Shown here: positions 1 through 14,703 of the stretch, one piece after another
How positions within the stretch are numbered: the first letter of the stretch is position 1
How the letters are laid out: every line of letters begins with the position of its first letter
NCBI RefSeq assembly: GCF_009914755.1
Contig: NC_060935.1
Reading direction: 5' to 3' (one strand)
DNA: 64,000 bases
DNA from: the human T2T-CHM13v2.0 reference genome, Homo sapiens
Position numbers and translations under genes: made by a program
The notes under the pieces: model-generated
The model's input: only the letters and a program-made list of their open reading frames with translations
Database searches by the model: none
What the model was told of the DNA's origin: nothing

Positions 1-600
1 TTAGGAGAGGGAAAAAAGGTTAAATATATATACAGACTCTAAGTATGCTTACTTAGTCCTCCATGCCCACGCAGCAATATGGAGAGAAAAGGAATTCCTA
101 ACTTCTGAGGAAACACCTATCAAACATCAGGAAGCCATTAGGAGAATATTATTGGGTGTAGAGAAACTAAAGAGGTGGCAGTCTTACACTTCCGGGGTCA
201 TCAGAAAGGAAAAGAAAGCTAAATAGAAGGGAACCTCTAAGCGGATATTGAAGCCAAAAGAGCCACAAGGTGGGACCCTCCATTAGAAATGCTTATAGAA
301 GGAACCCTAGTATGGGATAATCCCCTCCAGGAAACCAAGCCCCAGTACTCAGCAGAAGAAATAGAATGGGGAACCTCAAGAGGACATAGTTTCCTCCCCT
401 CAGGATGGCTAGCCACCAAAGAAGGAAAAATACTTTTGCCTGCAGCTAACCATTGGAAATTACTTAAAATCCTTCACCACACCTTTCACTTAGGCATTTG
501 ATAGCACCCATCAGATGGCCAAATCATTATTTACTGGATGAGGACTTTTCAAAACTATCAAGTAGATAGTCAGGGCCTGTGAAATGTGGCAAAGAAATAT
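1..600 (+). pseudogene. HERV-W (HERV17-int) pol remnant: RNase H, linker and N-terminal integrase zinc finger, with frameshifts and stops
   Basis: Translates across frames to IYTDSKYAYLVLHAHAAIWRE..., MLIEGTLVWDNPLQETKPQYSAEEIEWGTSRGHSFLPSGWLAT, LHHTFHLGI and RACEMWQRN, resembling HERV-W/MSRV Pol. Begins before the window. Confidence 0.92.
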
Positions 601-630
601 TCACCGTCACTTCAGGCCATACATATCAAT

Positions 631-864
631 CCCTGTATCTTTAACCTCCTTGTTAAGTTTGTCTCTTCCAGAATCAAAGCTGTAAAACTACAAATCATTC
701 TTCAAATGGAGCCCCAGATGCAGTCCATGACCAAGATCTCCCGCCGACCCCTGGACTGGCCAACTAGCCCGTGCTCCAATGTTAATGACATCAAAGGCAC
801 CCTTCCTGAGGAAATTTCAACTGCATGACCCCTACTACGCCCCAGTTCAGCAGGAAGCAGTTAA
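631..864 (+). pseudogene. HERV-W env C-terminal (TM cytoplasmic tail) remnant; a syncytin-1 paralogue, not ERVW-1 itself
   Basis: Reads PCIFNLLVKFVSSRIKAVKLQIILQMEPQMQSMTKISRRPLDWPTSPCSNVNDIKGTLPEEISTA*PLLRPSSAGSS*, matching the syncytin-1 tail. Premature TGA at 826-828; SU and most of TM are absent. Confidence 0.92.
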
Positions 865-923
865 GAACTGTCATCGGCCAACCTCCTCAATAGCACTTGG
901 GTTTTCCTGTTGAGAGGGCGTAC

Positions 924-1698
924 TAAGAGACAGGACTAGTTGGATTTCCTAGGCCGACTAAGAATTCCTAAGTCTAGCTGGGGAAGGTGACCTCACCCAC
1001 CTTTAAACATGGGGCTTGTAACTCAGCTCACACCCGACCAATCAGGTAGTAAAGAGGGCTCACTAAAATACAAATTAGGCCAAGAGCAGGAGATAAAGAA
1101 ATAGTCAAATAATATATCACCTGAGAGCACAGGGGGAGGGACAATGATTGGGACATATACCTCAGGCATTCGAGCCAGAAGTGGGCAACCCCCTTTGGGT
1201 CCCCTCCCATTGTATGGGAGCTCTGTTTTCACTCTATTAAATCTTGCAACTGAACACTCTTCTGGTCCATGTTTGTTCCAGCTCGAGCTGAGCTTTTGCT
1301 CACCTTCCACCACTGCTGTTTGCTGCCGTTGCAGACCCACCATTGACTTCCACCACTTTGGATCCAGCAGGGTGTCCACTGCATTTCTGATCCAGGGAGG
1401 TGCCCATTGCTGCTCCCATTCAGGCTAGAGGCTCACCTTTTTTCCTGTGTGGCCAAGTACCCGGGTTCATCCTAATCGAGCTGAACATTAGTCGCTGGGT
1501 TCCATGGTTCTTTTCCATGACCCACGCCTTCTAATAGAGCTATAACACTCACGGCATGGCCCAAGGTTCCATTCTTTGGAATCTGTGAGGCCAAGAGCCT
1601 CAGGTCAGAGAACGAAAGGCTTGCTGCCATCTTGGGAGCCGCCGCCACCATCCTGGGAGCTCTATGTGAGCTCTAAGAACAAAGACCTACCGGTAACA
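924..1698 (+). mobile_element. LTR17 (HERV-W 3' LTR), complete U3-R-U5
   Basis: Follows a degenerate polypurine tract (gagagggcgtac). Starts tAagagacaggactag.tggatttcctaggccgactaagaa and ends ...ccggtaaca; 775 bp. CCAAT at 1038-1042, ATTAAA poly(A) signal at 1236-1241, GCCATCTTG (YY1-like) at about 1626. Confidence 0.93.
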
Positions 1699-1820
1699 CT
1701 ACCTTGGCCTCCTGGCAGAACTTGTTTTTGTAAGACTTATGCTGTCACTTTCATAAATACTGGGTAGAATTTACTGCCAAAGAATGAATTCTGCAATTCT
1801 TGAATGTAAATATTTTAACT

Positions 1821-2159
1821 CAAGTGGTCCCCAACCTTTCTGGCACCAAGGACTTGTTTTGTGAAAGACAAAATATTTTCCATGGACAGGTTTGGTGGAT
1901 GGTTTCAGGATGAAACTATTCTCCCTCCGATTATCAAGCATTAATTAGATTCTCATAAGGAGTGCGCAACCTGGGTTCCTCACATGCGCAGTTTATAATG
2001 GGGTTTGCACTCCTATGAGAATCTAATGCCACTGCCACCCATCTGACAGGATGTGGAGCTCAGGTGCTAATGCTCCTTTGCTGGCCGCTCATCTCCTGCT
2101 TTGTGATCCAGATCACAAACAAGTACCTGTCTGCAGCCTGGGGGAGTTGGGGACCCCTG
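1821..2159 (+). mobile_element. MER1B-like hAT/Charlie MITE
   Basis: Termini caagtggtccccaac...gttggggacccctg; 339 bp; perfect 8-bp target-site duplication TTTTAACT at 1813-1820 and 2160-2167. Confidence 0.9.
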
Positions 2160-2169
2160 TTTTAACTAA

Positions 2170-4760
2170 TGAATTGAATTGTTTAAACTAAATTTAGTAA
2201 TGCCCAGATTTTCTATTTTTTATGGGTTAGTTTTGATGTCCTGTTTCTTAAAAAGTTGCCCAGTTTGTCAAATATTGTTCTTAGTATTCTTTCCTTATTT
2301 TTAAATATCTGCATGACTTATAGTAATCTCTTGTTTTTTTATTTTTTCTCTGGATAATTTATATTTTCTAAATGTTTTTCTTGATCTTATATTAGTATTA
2401 TTATTTAAAATTAATAGATATTATTTTATGTATTTATGGTATACAACATGATCTTTTGAAGTTTATGTGCATTTTGAAATGACTGAATCTAGCTCATGTA
2501 AATTTAACATTGGTATACTCAGAATCAGATATTGGCATTATTTATTTTCCTTATGATCCCATATTCCATTTCAATAATTTATACTTATACTTAATTATTT
2601 CTCATTAATTTTGTTGAGGGTTTCATTTTCTCTTCTTTTTGGAACTTCCTGTGATAGATAGATTGTTTTTAGAGTATTTTCATTTCTGACATATCAACTG
2701 AAGGCTACAAATTTCCATCCAATCATTGATGTATATTCATCCACCAAATTTTCATATATCATATCTCCATTATTCAGTTAAATAAATTCCGTGTTTTCCA
2801 TGGGGTTTCCTTTATCCTATGGCTTATTTAGAAGTGTGTTGCTTAATTTTAAAATAGGAGGGAAGTTTTCTGTTTATCTTTCCTGAGTTTACTTTTAGCT
2901 TCATTTCACTGTCATCAGTGAAGATTCTCTGAATGATTTTGGTGTTTTAAAACGTCTTGAAAAGTGCTTTATGAACCACGGTATTAGTCCGTTGTGTGTT
3001 ACTATAAAGGAATACCTGAGACTGGATAATTTATAAAGAAAAGGGGATTATTTGGCTCATGGTTCTGCAGGCTGTACTGGATTCTGCTTCGATTCTGGTG
3101 AGGCATCAGGAAGTTTTTACTCATGGCAGAAGGTGGAGGGGGAACAGGCATGTGACATAGCAAGAGAGATAACAGGAGAGATGTCAGGCTCTTTTGAACA
3201 ACCACCTCTTTTGTGAACTAAGTGAGTAAGAACTCACTCATTACAGTGGGGAGGGCACCAACCCATTTATGAGGGATCCACCCCGATGACCCAAACACCC
3301 CCCACTAGGCCCCACCTCCATCACTGAGGATCACATTTCAACATGAGATTTGGAAGAGATAAACATCCAAACCATATCAAACATCATATTGTTAATATTA
3401 TTATTATGTTGTTATATTGTTAACAATAACAGATATGCCTTAAATTGTGTCAATACAATAGAGTATTAATTTTTCCTTTCAGTTATTTCAAATTTTATCT
3501 TTACATTTCAAATATATATTTTGGGATGCATGTGTATTTAAAAGTGTTATGTGGAGTGAATTGGCTCCTTTATTATTTCAAACTTTCAACTTTGACATTA
3601 ATACTGCATCTTGCCTTAAACTCCTCTTTGGATGATATTGGTATAGAAAGGCCAACTCTTCTAGGAGTGCTGTGGTATGGCATATCATTTTCCTTCTTTT
3701 ACTTTCAACTAATGTTTCCTTATACTTAATATGCCTCTTATAAATGGCATATGTAGTTTGGTTTTACAAATTTTTTATACTTTTATTCTTTAATGTATAG
3801 TATAGTTCATATACATTTATCATAACTAACAATATGGTTGTGCTTATGTCAACATCTCTCTATTTTTTTATTTGACCCAATTTCTATACATTCTTTTTTC
3901 CACCATTTGTCCCCTTTTTATTGGTGCATATATATATATATTTTTGTTAATTAACTTCATAGAATACTTTTTCCCCTCTAAGATCTTACCCGAGATAAAA
4001 ATATGTAGTTCTTATAACATTCTAAATGCAACTTCTGATACTGCTAGTATCTTAGAATACTTTTCCTCCATTTACATCCTTGTGGCATTTTACATTACTG
4101 TTATCATGCATTTTGATTTTACATAATTTTTAACGTCATGAGATATAATTAACATTGCTTTCTGTACTCATACAATTATCCTTTCTGATATTTGTTTTTC
4201 TTGCTGCACTCACAGGACAAGTAAAATTTGCCTTTAGTTCTGAAGAATGTTTTCACTGGGTATAGAATTTTAGGTTGACAGCTTTTTTTCCCGTCTTTTC
4301 TTCTCTCATCTAAAGTTTAAAGGTATCCTTCCCTTTCCTTGACTTCTGTCACTTCTGTTGAGTCTTTTGCTGTGTTTTTTATGTTGTTATGATGCTCTAC
4401 CCTGCCCCACTCTGTTTTGAATATTTTCTTTTCACTTTAGCTTTAAGCAGATTGCCTCTGGGGTGCCTATGAATGGCTTCCATTATATTTATTCTGCTTA
4501 GAATCCACAAGGTATTTGGCTCTACAGAGTAATGTTTTTCATCAGTTTTTGGAAACTTTCAAAAATATAACTTTAAATATTATATCATCCCCATTCTCTC
4601 TCTACATTATTTCTGAAATTCAAATTTCAGTTATTTTAGAAGATTTTATTTCATCCCACATATCTCCTAAACACTCTTTAAAAATACTTTTTATGTTTTA
4701 TTTTTGAATTTCAGTTTGGAACCTTCCTTCACTAATTCTCTTTGATATGTTAAGTCTGTT
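2170..4760 (-). mobile_element. Ancient L1M fragment (ORF2 5' part and ORF1), interrupted by an MST LTR
   Basis: T-rich antisense L1 motifs: ttatttagaagtgtgttgcttaatttt; gatattggtatagaaaggccaactctt (endonuclease GVAILI region); ttttcactgggtatagaattttaggttgacag (ORF1). Confidence 0.65.
2980..3379 (-). mobile_element. MSTA/MSTB MaLR solo LTR
   Basis: gtattagtcc...ataaaggaatacctgagactggataatttataaagaaaag...ttcaacatgagatttgg...atccaaaccatatca; about 400 bp. Confidence 0.88.
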
Positions 4761-4779
4761 AACCCTATATATTGCTAGA

Positions 4780-5260
4780 GCTACACCCAGCTTCTCCTAT
4801 CTTCCATAATCATGGGGCACTTATCACAACTAAGAAATTAACATTTGTAACATTAACTAAACTGCAGACTTTAATCAGATTTCTACCGGTTTTATACAAA
4901 TGTTTATTTTTTCTGTTCCATGATATAATTCACAATATCAGATTGCATTTTGTCCCCATGTCTCCTTTGTTCCCTCTAATCTGTAACCGTTCCTCAATCT
5001 TTTCTTGTTTTTAATAAACTTGAGAATCTCAAAGACTACTGGTCAGTTATTTTAAAGAATGTCCCTTTTTTGGATATATCAGATGTGTTCTCATGATTCA
5101 ACTAAACGTAAGAAGAATAGCACAGAGACAAAGAGTAACTTTCGCAGCATCATGTTGGAAGGGCACACATCAACATGATTTATAACTGGTAATGTTAAAG
5201 TTTATTACGTGGTTAAAGCCACAGAAGGGTTCTCCACATAAAAAGTACTATTATCCCTTT
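4780..5260 (-). mobile_element. L1MC-type 3' UTR fragment
   Basis: actaagaaattaacatt...actaaactgcagacttt...tactggtcagttattttaaagaatgtccc resembles the L1MC4/L1MC5 3' end. Confidence 0.6.
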
Positions 5261-8200
5261 TTTATTCTAAGTCTTTTAACTGCAGAATCATTAGCAAAAT
5301 AAATAATTAGTTCCTTTATGTCTGAGTTTTGAGATGCTTATTTATACAACATTATTGTCACAAGGGATAATTTTTATAAAGACAAATCCTCTTCCTTTAT
5401 GGCCATAGATTTTGCCCTTCTGGTTTAACATGAGTTCCTGGGGATTTATTTTCTATAAGAGAATATTAGCTTAGGCAATGCTCCTACATATTTTACTTGG
5501 CTGCATCAAGCCAAACCCCTAAAGATTATTTTTTTGTATGACATCACTCTTCCATTAGCTACAGGCTTAATATTGTTGCTACTTTTCTATTTTTATTTTT
5601 TGAAAATTTTGAACTGTGGTTTTACCCTACCCTCTACCATGCTAAACAAGAAGTCCCACAATTATGTTTATAGTGATAGTATCTGTCTCTTCATACATGT
5701 AAAAAATCATAAAAATATTATGAAGCTTTCTCAAATTTTAAGTAAAATCTATTCAACAAATTGTATATTTTGTGCATTTTTAAAATCTGTAGTTTTTAAA
5801 ACAAAGGTTCATAGGCCAGGCATCTATCCTTCCAAAAATGATTTCGATGACAATAGATAAATTCACAGTATATTGGCCATTCTCTTAGCATATGTTTGTA
5901 GTTAAATCAAGTAAAATGTAAAACTACAGTTGATTTGCAAAACAGTTCAGTATGTAATGTTTAACTAAATATAATTTTTCTTATAAGTTTTTTATCACAG
6001 TTTATTTTAGTAACTATTGTAAATGTTGGTTTAAAAATTCTTGCAGGATTCAGTCTCTCATTTTTCATGTCATGGTCAAACAACATTATTTAAAGCAATC
6101 TTACAATGTTTCTTCTACTCCACCACATGCCTCCCACCTTTGAATCACTACCTGTGCAAACTCCAAAGACAATACTCTGTCAAACGACATTTGATTAACT
6201 AGAATGACCATCTATCATCAGTGCACCATGATTAAAACGTCCTGTTATCAGCACCATCATCCATTAGCTAAAGGCAGAATTCATTGCAGCAGTGAAAAAA
6301 TATAAGCAACCAAATGAGGTGCTACAAATTTGATTAATCAGCTTCTAATTACCTGAGACTCATACAGTGTCTCGCAAAGGCAAAAAAAAAACATAGAAAA
6401 ATATCTAAAGATGAACCAAAATATAATGGCTAACATTTGATGTTATTGAGTGTTCAGAGTGGCTTTTGTAGACTTCGTGAGATGTCAGCAAAGCAATGCA
6501 AACCTTTTCTTAGCATTCTGCATTTGACTTAAACCTGTTTCAATCAAGATAAAAAAAATCCCTTTTGCTTAGAGAAATAATGTTTAGGATAGAAAAAAAA
6601 AAGATTAATATTAGAATGAAATCTTATAAACCTTCTAGAGTTTGATATCATGTGATTACACACTTCTGAAAAGTTCTGAGTTGTGGAAAAACAGGTATAT
6701 TATTACATGCTGAAGAGGGATTCATGAACTGAAGAAGAGGTTTTGATATGTTTTCATTATTCCTCACCCTATTTCTTCCCCTACCATAAGAACAAGGAGA
6801 ATAACAGTGTATATTTAGTATAAATATAAATTGATTTCTTATGAAGATTAACTTAAGTTAAATTTTAAAAATAATAATTAAAAGACCTAATTATACATTT
6901 TTAAATTTCTTGGAAATTAATGTCAACTACCAAATTTGTGCACGTCAGGCATCTGGATTCACAAATATATAAATTTTAAGGCTATGTGTTCCTAATGCAA
7001 AGCTGTAAATATGTTGTCTGCAGAATATAATCCAACCCTTCTCTCATAGTATGAACTGCAAATAATTTACATTCACAGTGCTTACTCCATGCTGCCATAC
7101 ATTGAATATTTAGTATCACCATTCGAGACTCATTATTTACCAAACGTAGTTGGCAGTTTTCAAATGCAATGCTTTGTTCATCATGTTTTTTCTTGCCTGG
7201 AGCTCTTTCTTCTGTATATGCTGTGTTCCACAGAACAACTTATTTTTAATATTTCCATACTATTTCTTCCAGGCAGCCTTTCCAAATCCACTTGAAATCA
7301 CACTATCAGTCACTTCATTTTGTACCTCAATTAACCTTCTGATTTGCCACTTTCTTTCTCCACTGTGCTTTGTCAGCATTTGTGATAAAACTTATGTTTG
7401 TCAAGAAGCTCTCTTAAATGTTTGAACAAGGCAGCTAGCATCTTTTCTTTTTGCTAAAAGCTCACACACACAAACACCCACACAAAAGCTCTCATTGTTT
7501 AAAACTAGTGAATTTACTTTATTTTTCTAAAATTCTAGCAATTTTCTCTAACTGGGATAGAAAACAAAATAGCTAAAATGTAAGTTTCATGATAATTATT
7601 GAGTTCATGAAGATATGCTACCGGGCTGGAGATGGTTTTTGACCTGGAGCTATTGGTTAAGAGGTTGCCTATGAAAATTTACACAATAGTAGGCTCCAAG
7701 CAAAGTATTTAACTTGTTTCTAAAAATTTGGGGCTGAGAGGCACAGGATCAGGTATTACTCAGTGACTTTCTTATCAGAATAGTTTCTCTGGTGTTTTAA
7801 TAAAAGTCAACATTTGATTCACTGAGACATGTATTTTCTTTTGCTTTTGTACAATGGCAATAGTAGTATTGGTGGATTACTGAAATGGCAGAAGATGAAT
7901 GATAAGCCTGAAAATTTCCAACCCTCAAGAAAAACTGTTCTAGAGCATAAGGAAGACACTTTATGCCATGTTAGGACACTTTTTACAATTTAACTTAAAT
8001 TATAAATAGCTATGTCAAAGTTATCTTACTGAATAAACATTAAGCAACTTAAATGAACATATCGTATGGTCTTTTATGTAGATAAACACATGGTATAATA
8101 TTTTACATATGCCAGGTGCTTAAGTGTTTGAGTTGCATGTCTTCCTAGGATTATTGTGTAGCCATGAATTAACTGATTAATTAGCTCACCAGATCAAATA

Positions 8201-9264
8201 TTCGTATACTTATGATATTTATTTTGGCTGTGGGTTTGTAGGCCATGTACTTTGTTTTTTCAATGGTTGTTATCAAATAGGCCGAGTATTGGCATAGTAT
8301 TGTACAAATGTGGCCAAAGGATAAAGAAAGTTGAATTAAGTACTATGAGTTTGCATATGTTAGGAATACAACACAATGGAGATGAACTAGTTCCTCTCTC
8401 TCAAAACACAATTTTCCTTAACCTTAGCACATGTTACTGAATCCTTTACCTAAACATGATGTTACCATGATTATGTTGACTTTTTCAAACCCAATTGGAT
8501 ACCATAACTCATTTTTTTTGTATACACCACAGCAGCAGTTAGGGACTTCTCTTCAGTAAGTATTTAATAGTACATTGATAGTCAGCTTTATGATGATGAA
8601 CAAAAGCAAAACAAATAAGCAAAAATCTTATAATATTCTTACCTCCCTATTCTTGGTTTTTGGTTTAATGGAAGATCACAAAGACAAAGATGCATAAAAT
8701 GTGGTGAACACTAATGCAGATATACAGATAGGATACCCAAAGGGAAGCCCCCACAAAAGTAAAATTATAACCCTGTAAGAAATAGGAGTGCAAGAATCTT
8801 GCATTGGTAACATATTATACAAAATTTATCCTAGTCAGAGGAAATGTGAATTTTTCTTGAGGAAGTAAGATATAAAAAAGAGATATGATGTTAATTAACT
8901 GAGAAAACATGAAATAAATTAGTAATATGGTTAGAAGGATAGCTAAATCTCCATGTGCACAAGATTATGGCAAACCAAAAAACCTAAATGGTTCTGTGTA
9001 TGTCTGAAAACATAGAGACAGGGGAATATCACAAGAGTTGTAGCTGGTGAAGTAGGAAAATGCCAAACCTATAATAAAGCAAACATTGCAGTAAAGTGAG
9101 TAAAAAAAAACTTTTGGATTCCCCAGCAAAGTGAGTAACAAATCTGTGGGTTCCCCAGTGTATATAAAAGTTATGTTCACACTATACTGTAGTTTATTGT
9201 GTGCAATATCATTATATCTAAAAAAAGTACACTTTTATTAAAAATGCTTTCTTACTAAAAATTG

Positions 9265-11378
<2,114 letters not shown>

Positions 11379-11971
11379 TGTAGAGTTTTTAATTGGCCTA
11401 ATTTCAATACTTTTGTGTCTCAGGGAATAAGGAGGCCTTAGGATAGGGAGAGACAGGGCAGAGTCTGGTTGGTGGAACAGTCAGAACATACACAACATGT
11501 GTCGATTAAGTTTGCCATTATATATACACAGAGTTCCTGGTGCCCCCAAACAATTACAGTGTTAACATCAAAGATCACTGATCACAGATCACCATAATAA
11601 ATTTAATAATAATGATAAAGTTTAAAATATTGTAAGAATTACCAAAATGTGACACAAAGACATGAAGTGAGCATATGTTGTTGGAAAAATGGCTCTGATA
11701 GATTTATTCAATGCAGGATTGCCAAAAACTTTCAATTTGCAAAAAAAAAATACAACATCTGTAAAGTGCAATAAAGTGAGGCCCAAAAACTGAGGTATGC
11801 ATGTATATTTTCAGTTGGCATGTGGCACAATGTATTTTGTGTTTTAAAAAGTTTACTTTAACTGCAGTGCTAGTAAATGACTTCAGGCAAATAAAAACAC
11901 CTGCAATTGGAAATATCTGGGCTAAGGTGGTATCAGTAACATCCATAAATTAGTAGATTTGAAACATCTGA

Positions 11972-12281
11972 GTCTAGGAATGATGGCTCAACTCCTGTTA
12001 TTCCAGCATTTTGGGAGGTTGAGGCAGGAAGATTGTTTGAAGCCAGGAGTTCCAGACCAGCCTGGGAAACATATTGAGACTCCATCTCTAAAAAAAAAAA
12101 AAATTAGCCAGGATGTTAGCATGTGCCTGCAGTCCTAACTACTCTGGAGGCTGAAGTGGGAGGATAGTTTACGCCCAGGATTTTGAAGCTGCAGTGAATG
12201 ATGATTGCACAACTGCACTCCAGCCTGAGCATCAGAATGAGACCCTGTCTCTAGAAAAATAAAAAGAGAAATAAAATAAAA
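11972..12281 (+). mobile_element. AluJ
   Basis: Diverged dimeric Alu with J-type motifs (gattgtttgaagccaggagtt, gaagtgggaggatag, gagaccctgtctc) and an A-rich tail. Confidence 0.9.
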
Positions 12282-12432
12282 GTAAACATAATTGAAGAGG
12301 CAAAAAATACAGGGATAAGCAATAAAGTGAATATGAAATATTAAAGGGGAGGGAGCTTTCAAGAATGACTCTTAGATTATTAGCTTGCCAAACTATTTTC
12401 ACCAAAAGTATAGAAAAATATAAGCATATGCA

Positions 12433-12968
12433 GTATGGAAGTGAGGTTTCAAGATGGCTCCAATAATCCTCACTATTTTAGTGCGGTGACTTCTTGTGCC
12501 CTGCCAATTATCCTCACATTCTGGAGACCTGCCTTCTCCTTCTGCATCATGACTGACCTGGGTAACCAATAGAATTCTGTGTAGATAATTTTGCAGCATC
12601 CAGCTTTGTCTCTTGGATTTCTCACTCTGGAAGAAGTCACCCGTTGTTATGAGGATACTTAACCCTCAAGAAACGTACTTGTGGAGAGTATCTGAGGACT
12701 TCTGATAACTGCCGGCACCGATTAGTCCATCATGTAATTAAGGCACTTTGGAAGAGTATTCTCTATCTGCAATAAAGCCTTCAAATGGTTGCAGTAATGA
12801 ACAAAATCTGAAGTGAATCTCCTGAGAGTCCTCAAGCCAAAATAATCTAGTCAGGCCATTTTCAAATTTCTTAACTAGAGAAACTGTGAGAGAAAATAAA
12901 TACATAAAGATTTTTACTAATCCACCCAGTTTGGTGGTAATTTGTTGCATAGCGATAGATAACTAACA
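12433..12968 (+). mobile_element. MLT1F-like MaLR solo LTR
   Basis: Starts ...caagatggctccaataatcc; ends gaaactgtgagagaaaataaa...ggtaatttgttgcatagcgatagataactaaca. Confidence 0.78.
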
Positions 12969-13926
12969 AATGAATAAAGTCTGAAACCTTGGCTTCTGGC
13001 ATATTAAGTTTCAGCTGCTGTCAGGCATCTAAGAGGAAATTGTAAACTGGCAGTTAGATAAATTGAGAGAAGTCTATATTCGTTATGCAAAATAAGGAGT
13101 AGTCATCTGCTTATAATTGGTAGTTGAGATCGTCTACAGGGAAAATACAGAATAAGAAATTAGACCTATGAGAGAACTTTGAGGACTCCAACATTTCATG
13201 ACTGGGAAGAAGAGGATGGGAACAAATAGGAATATGGGCAAGAAATGATGGAGAGAGTAGGAAGAACACAAACTAAGATATTCAGAGGTAAGGGTGATTT
13301 AAGGAGGGAATAGCCAATATTATCAGATGTTGATAGGTTATGTGATAAGGAATTTAAAAAGTATTTTGCATTTAGAAACAGATTTGTGATCTTACTGAAA
13401 ATTGCTTAACTGTAATATCATGGAAGGAAGACAAAGAAAAATGAAGATAGTGGAGAGAGTGAGTGAAAAATAACTTATCTGTTTTATTCAGAAGCTTCAA
13501 CTCTAATAATTCAAAGTGTTTTCTAATCTGGCCATCCGCAAATCATGCTGGATCATTTTCATGGTTCATTTGTACAATCAAGTAGAGATCAAGTCACATT
13601 TATTACTCTTGAATCATGATTTAAAATGATGATCACTTAATATTAAAGCCATCAAAATAAGTAACCCTAATATAAATAGGCAGAGTTGATATTTTGTATT
13701 CTTCAGTGTGATCATATAGAAAAAAATACATGCCCAACAGATTCAAAAAGCTTCATAATACTGGGAGAAAAAAATGTAAAAAAAAACAGTAAAAGAATGA
13801 GAAAGGAAAATCAAGGAATTATTATTTTCCACAAATTTGGGAGACAGACACATTTGACTAGAAATGAGTGGCAAAATAATCACAAGAGAGAGACAAAAAT
13901 ACATGGGAAATGCAACGTGAATATTC

Positions 13927-14169
13927 ATGAATAGCCATGAATAAGCAAAATGGAGATGTGCCATGATTCAAAGTTAATTTAAAAGAGAGATGCTTAGGAA
14001 GAGTGCAATAATATAGCCAAAATGCCACAATGGAATGTTGGGCAATGACAGGCCACAATGATGGTGGTTCCATAAAATTATAATGGAGCTAAAAGATTCC
14101 TATCACCTAGTGACATTGTAGCTATAGAAAAGAAATGAGCAGGAGGGCACAGCACAATGAGTTACTCAC
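13927..14169. repeat. Left arm of a local inverted duplication (partner at 15718-15947)
   Basis: Its reverse complement aligns with 15718-15947. The same peptide AFWLYYCTLPKHLSFKLTLNHGTS appears in opposite-strand ORFs 13858-14073 and 15780-15965. Confidence 0.95.
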
Positions 14170-14703
14170 ATCTAGAAATTCCACATGTTGATTCCAGATA
14201 TAAGAGTAATTATGCCATATAAGAATTGAGTGACTTCATTTCCTTCCTTCTTCATCTGCTACTCATATCACAGCACACTGCTGCTTCACAAAAATCTATA
14301 CTGCCACCTGCCACAGTGCACCCGGGATCAGCCTCCCTTAAAAATAGAGATGAATATTTGTTATTTCTTTTAATCACTTTTGCAATAAAATGACCTTTAT
14401 TTTTATTTATTTCCTTATAAAGAGGAAATTTCTTAAATATTTAAGTCCTTATTAAGAGAAATCTTAGCATGAGGCAACTGTAGATCAAAAGTACCATTCT
14501 TTTTCTCATATGTAAGTGCAAATAAATTAGATACTTAATAAATAATATGATGGTAATTTAAAGAAAATATAAACTCAGAATTTATATTTAGCCACATGTT
14601 GCATTTTGTCATATATTGATAAGCCTGACTACATAAGTCAAATATATTTTTTTGAAATACTCTCTCAGTTTAATACTTAATATGCAAAATAAAGATATAT
14701 GTG

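Noticed and set aside
586-828. 80-aa ORF as a syncytin-like domesticated gene
   Set aside because: Only the cytoplasmic tail is present; non-ATG start, premature stop, and no signal peptide, SU or fusion peptide.
5270-8600. Repeat-poor AT-rich stretch with short ORFs
   Set aside because: No coding bias, coherent exon structure or recognisable motif; conservation cannot be judged from the sequence alone.
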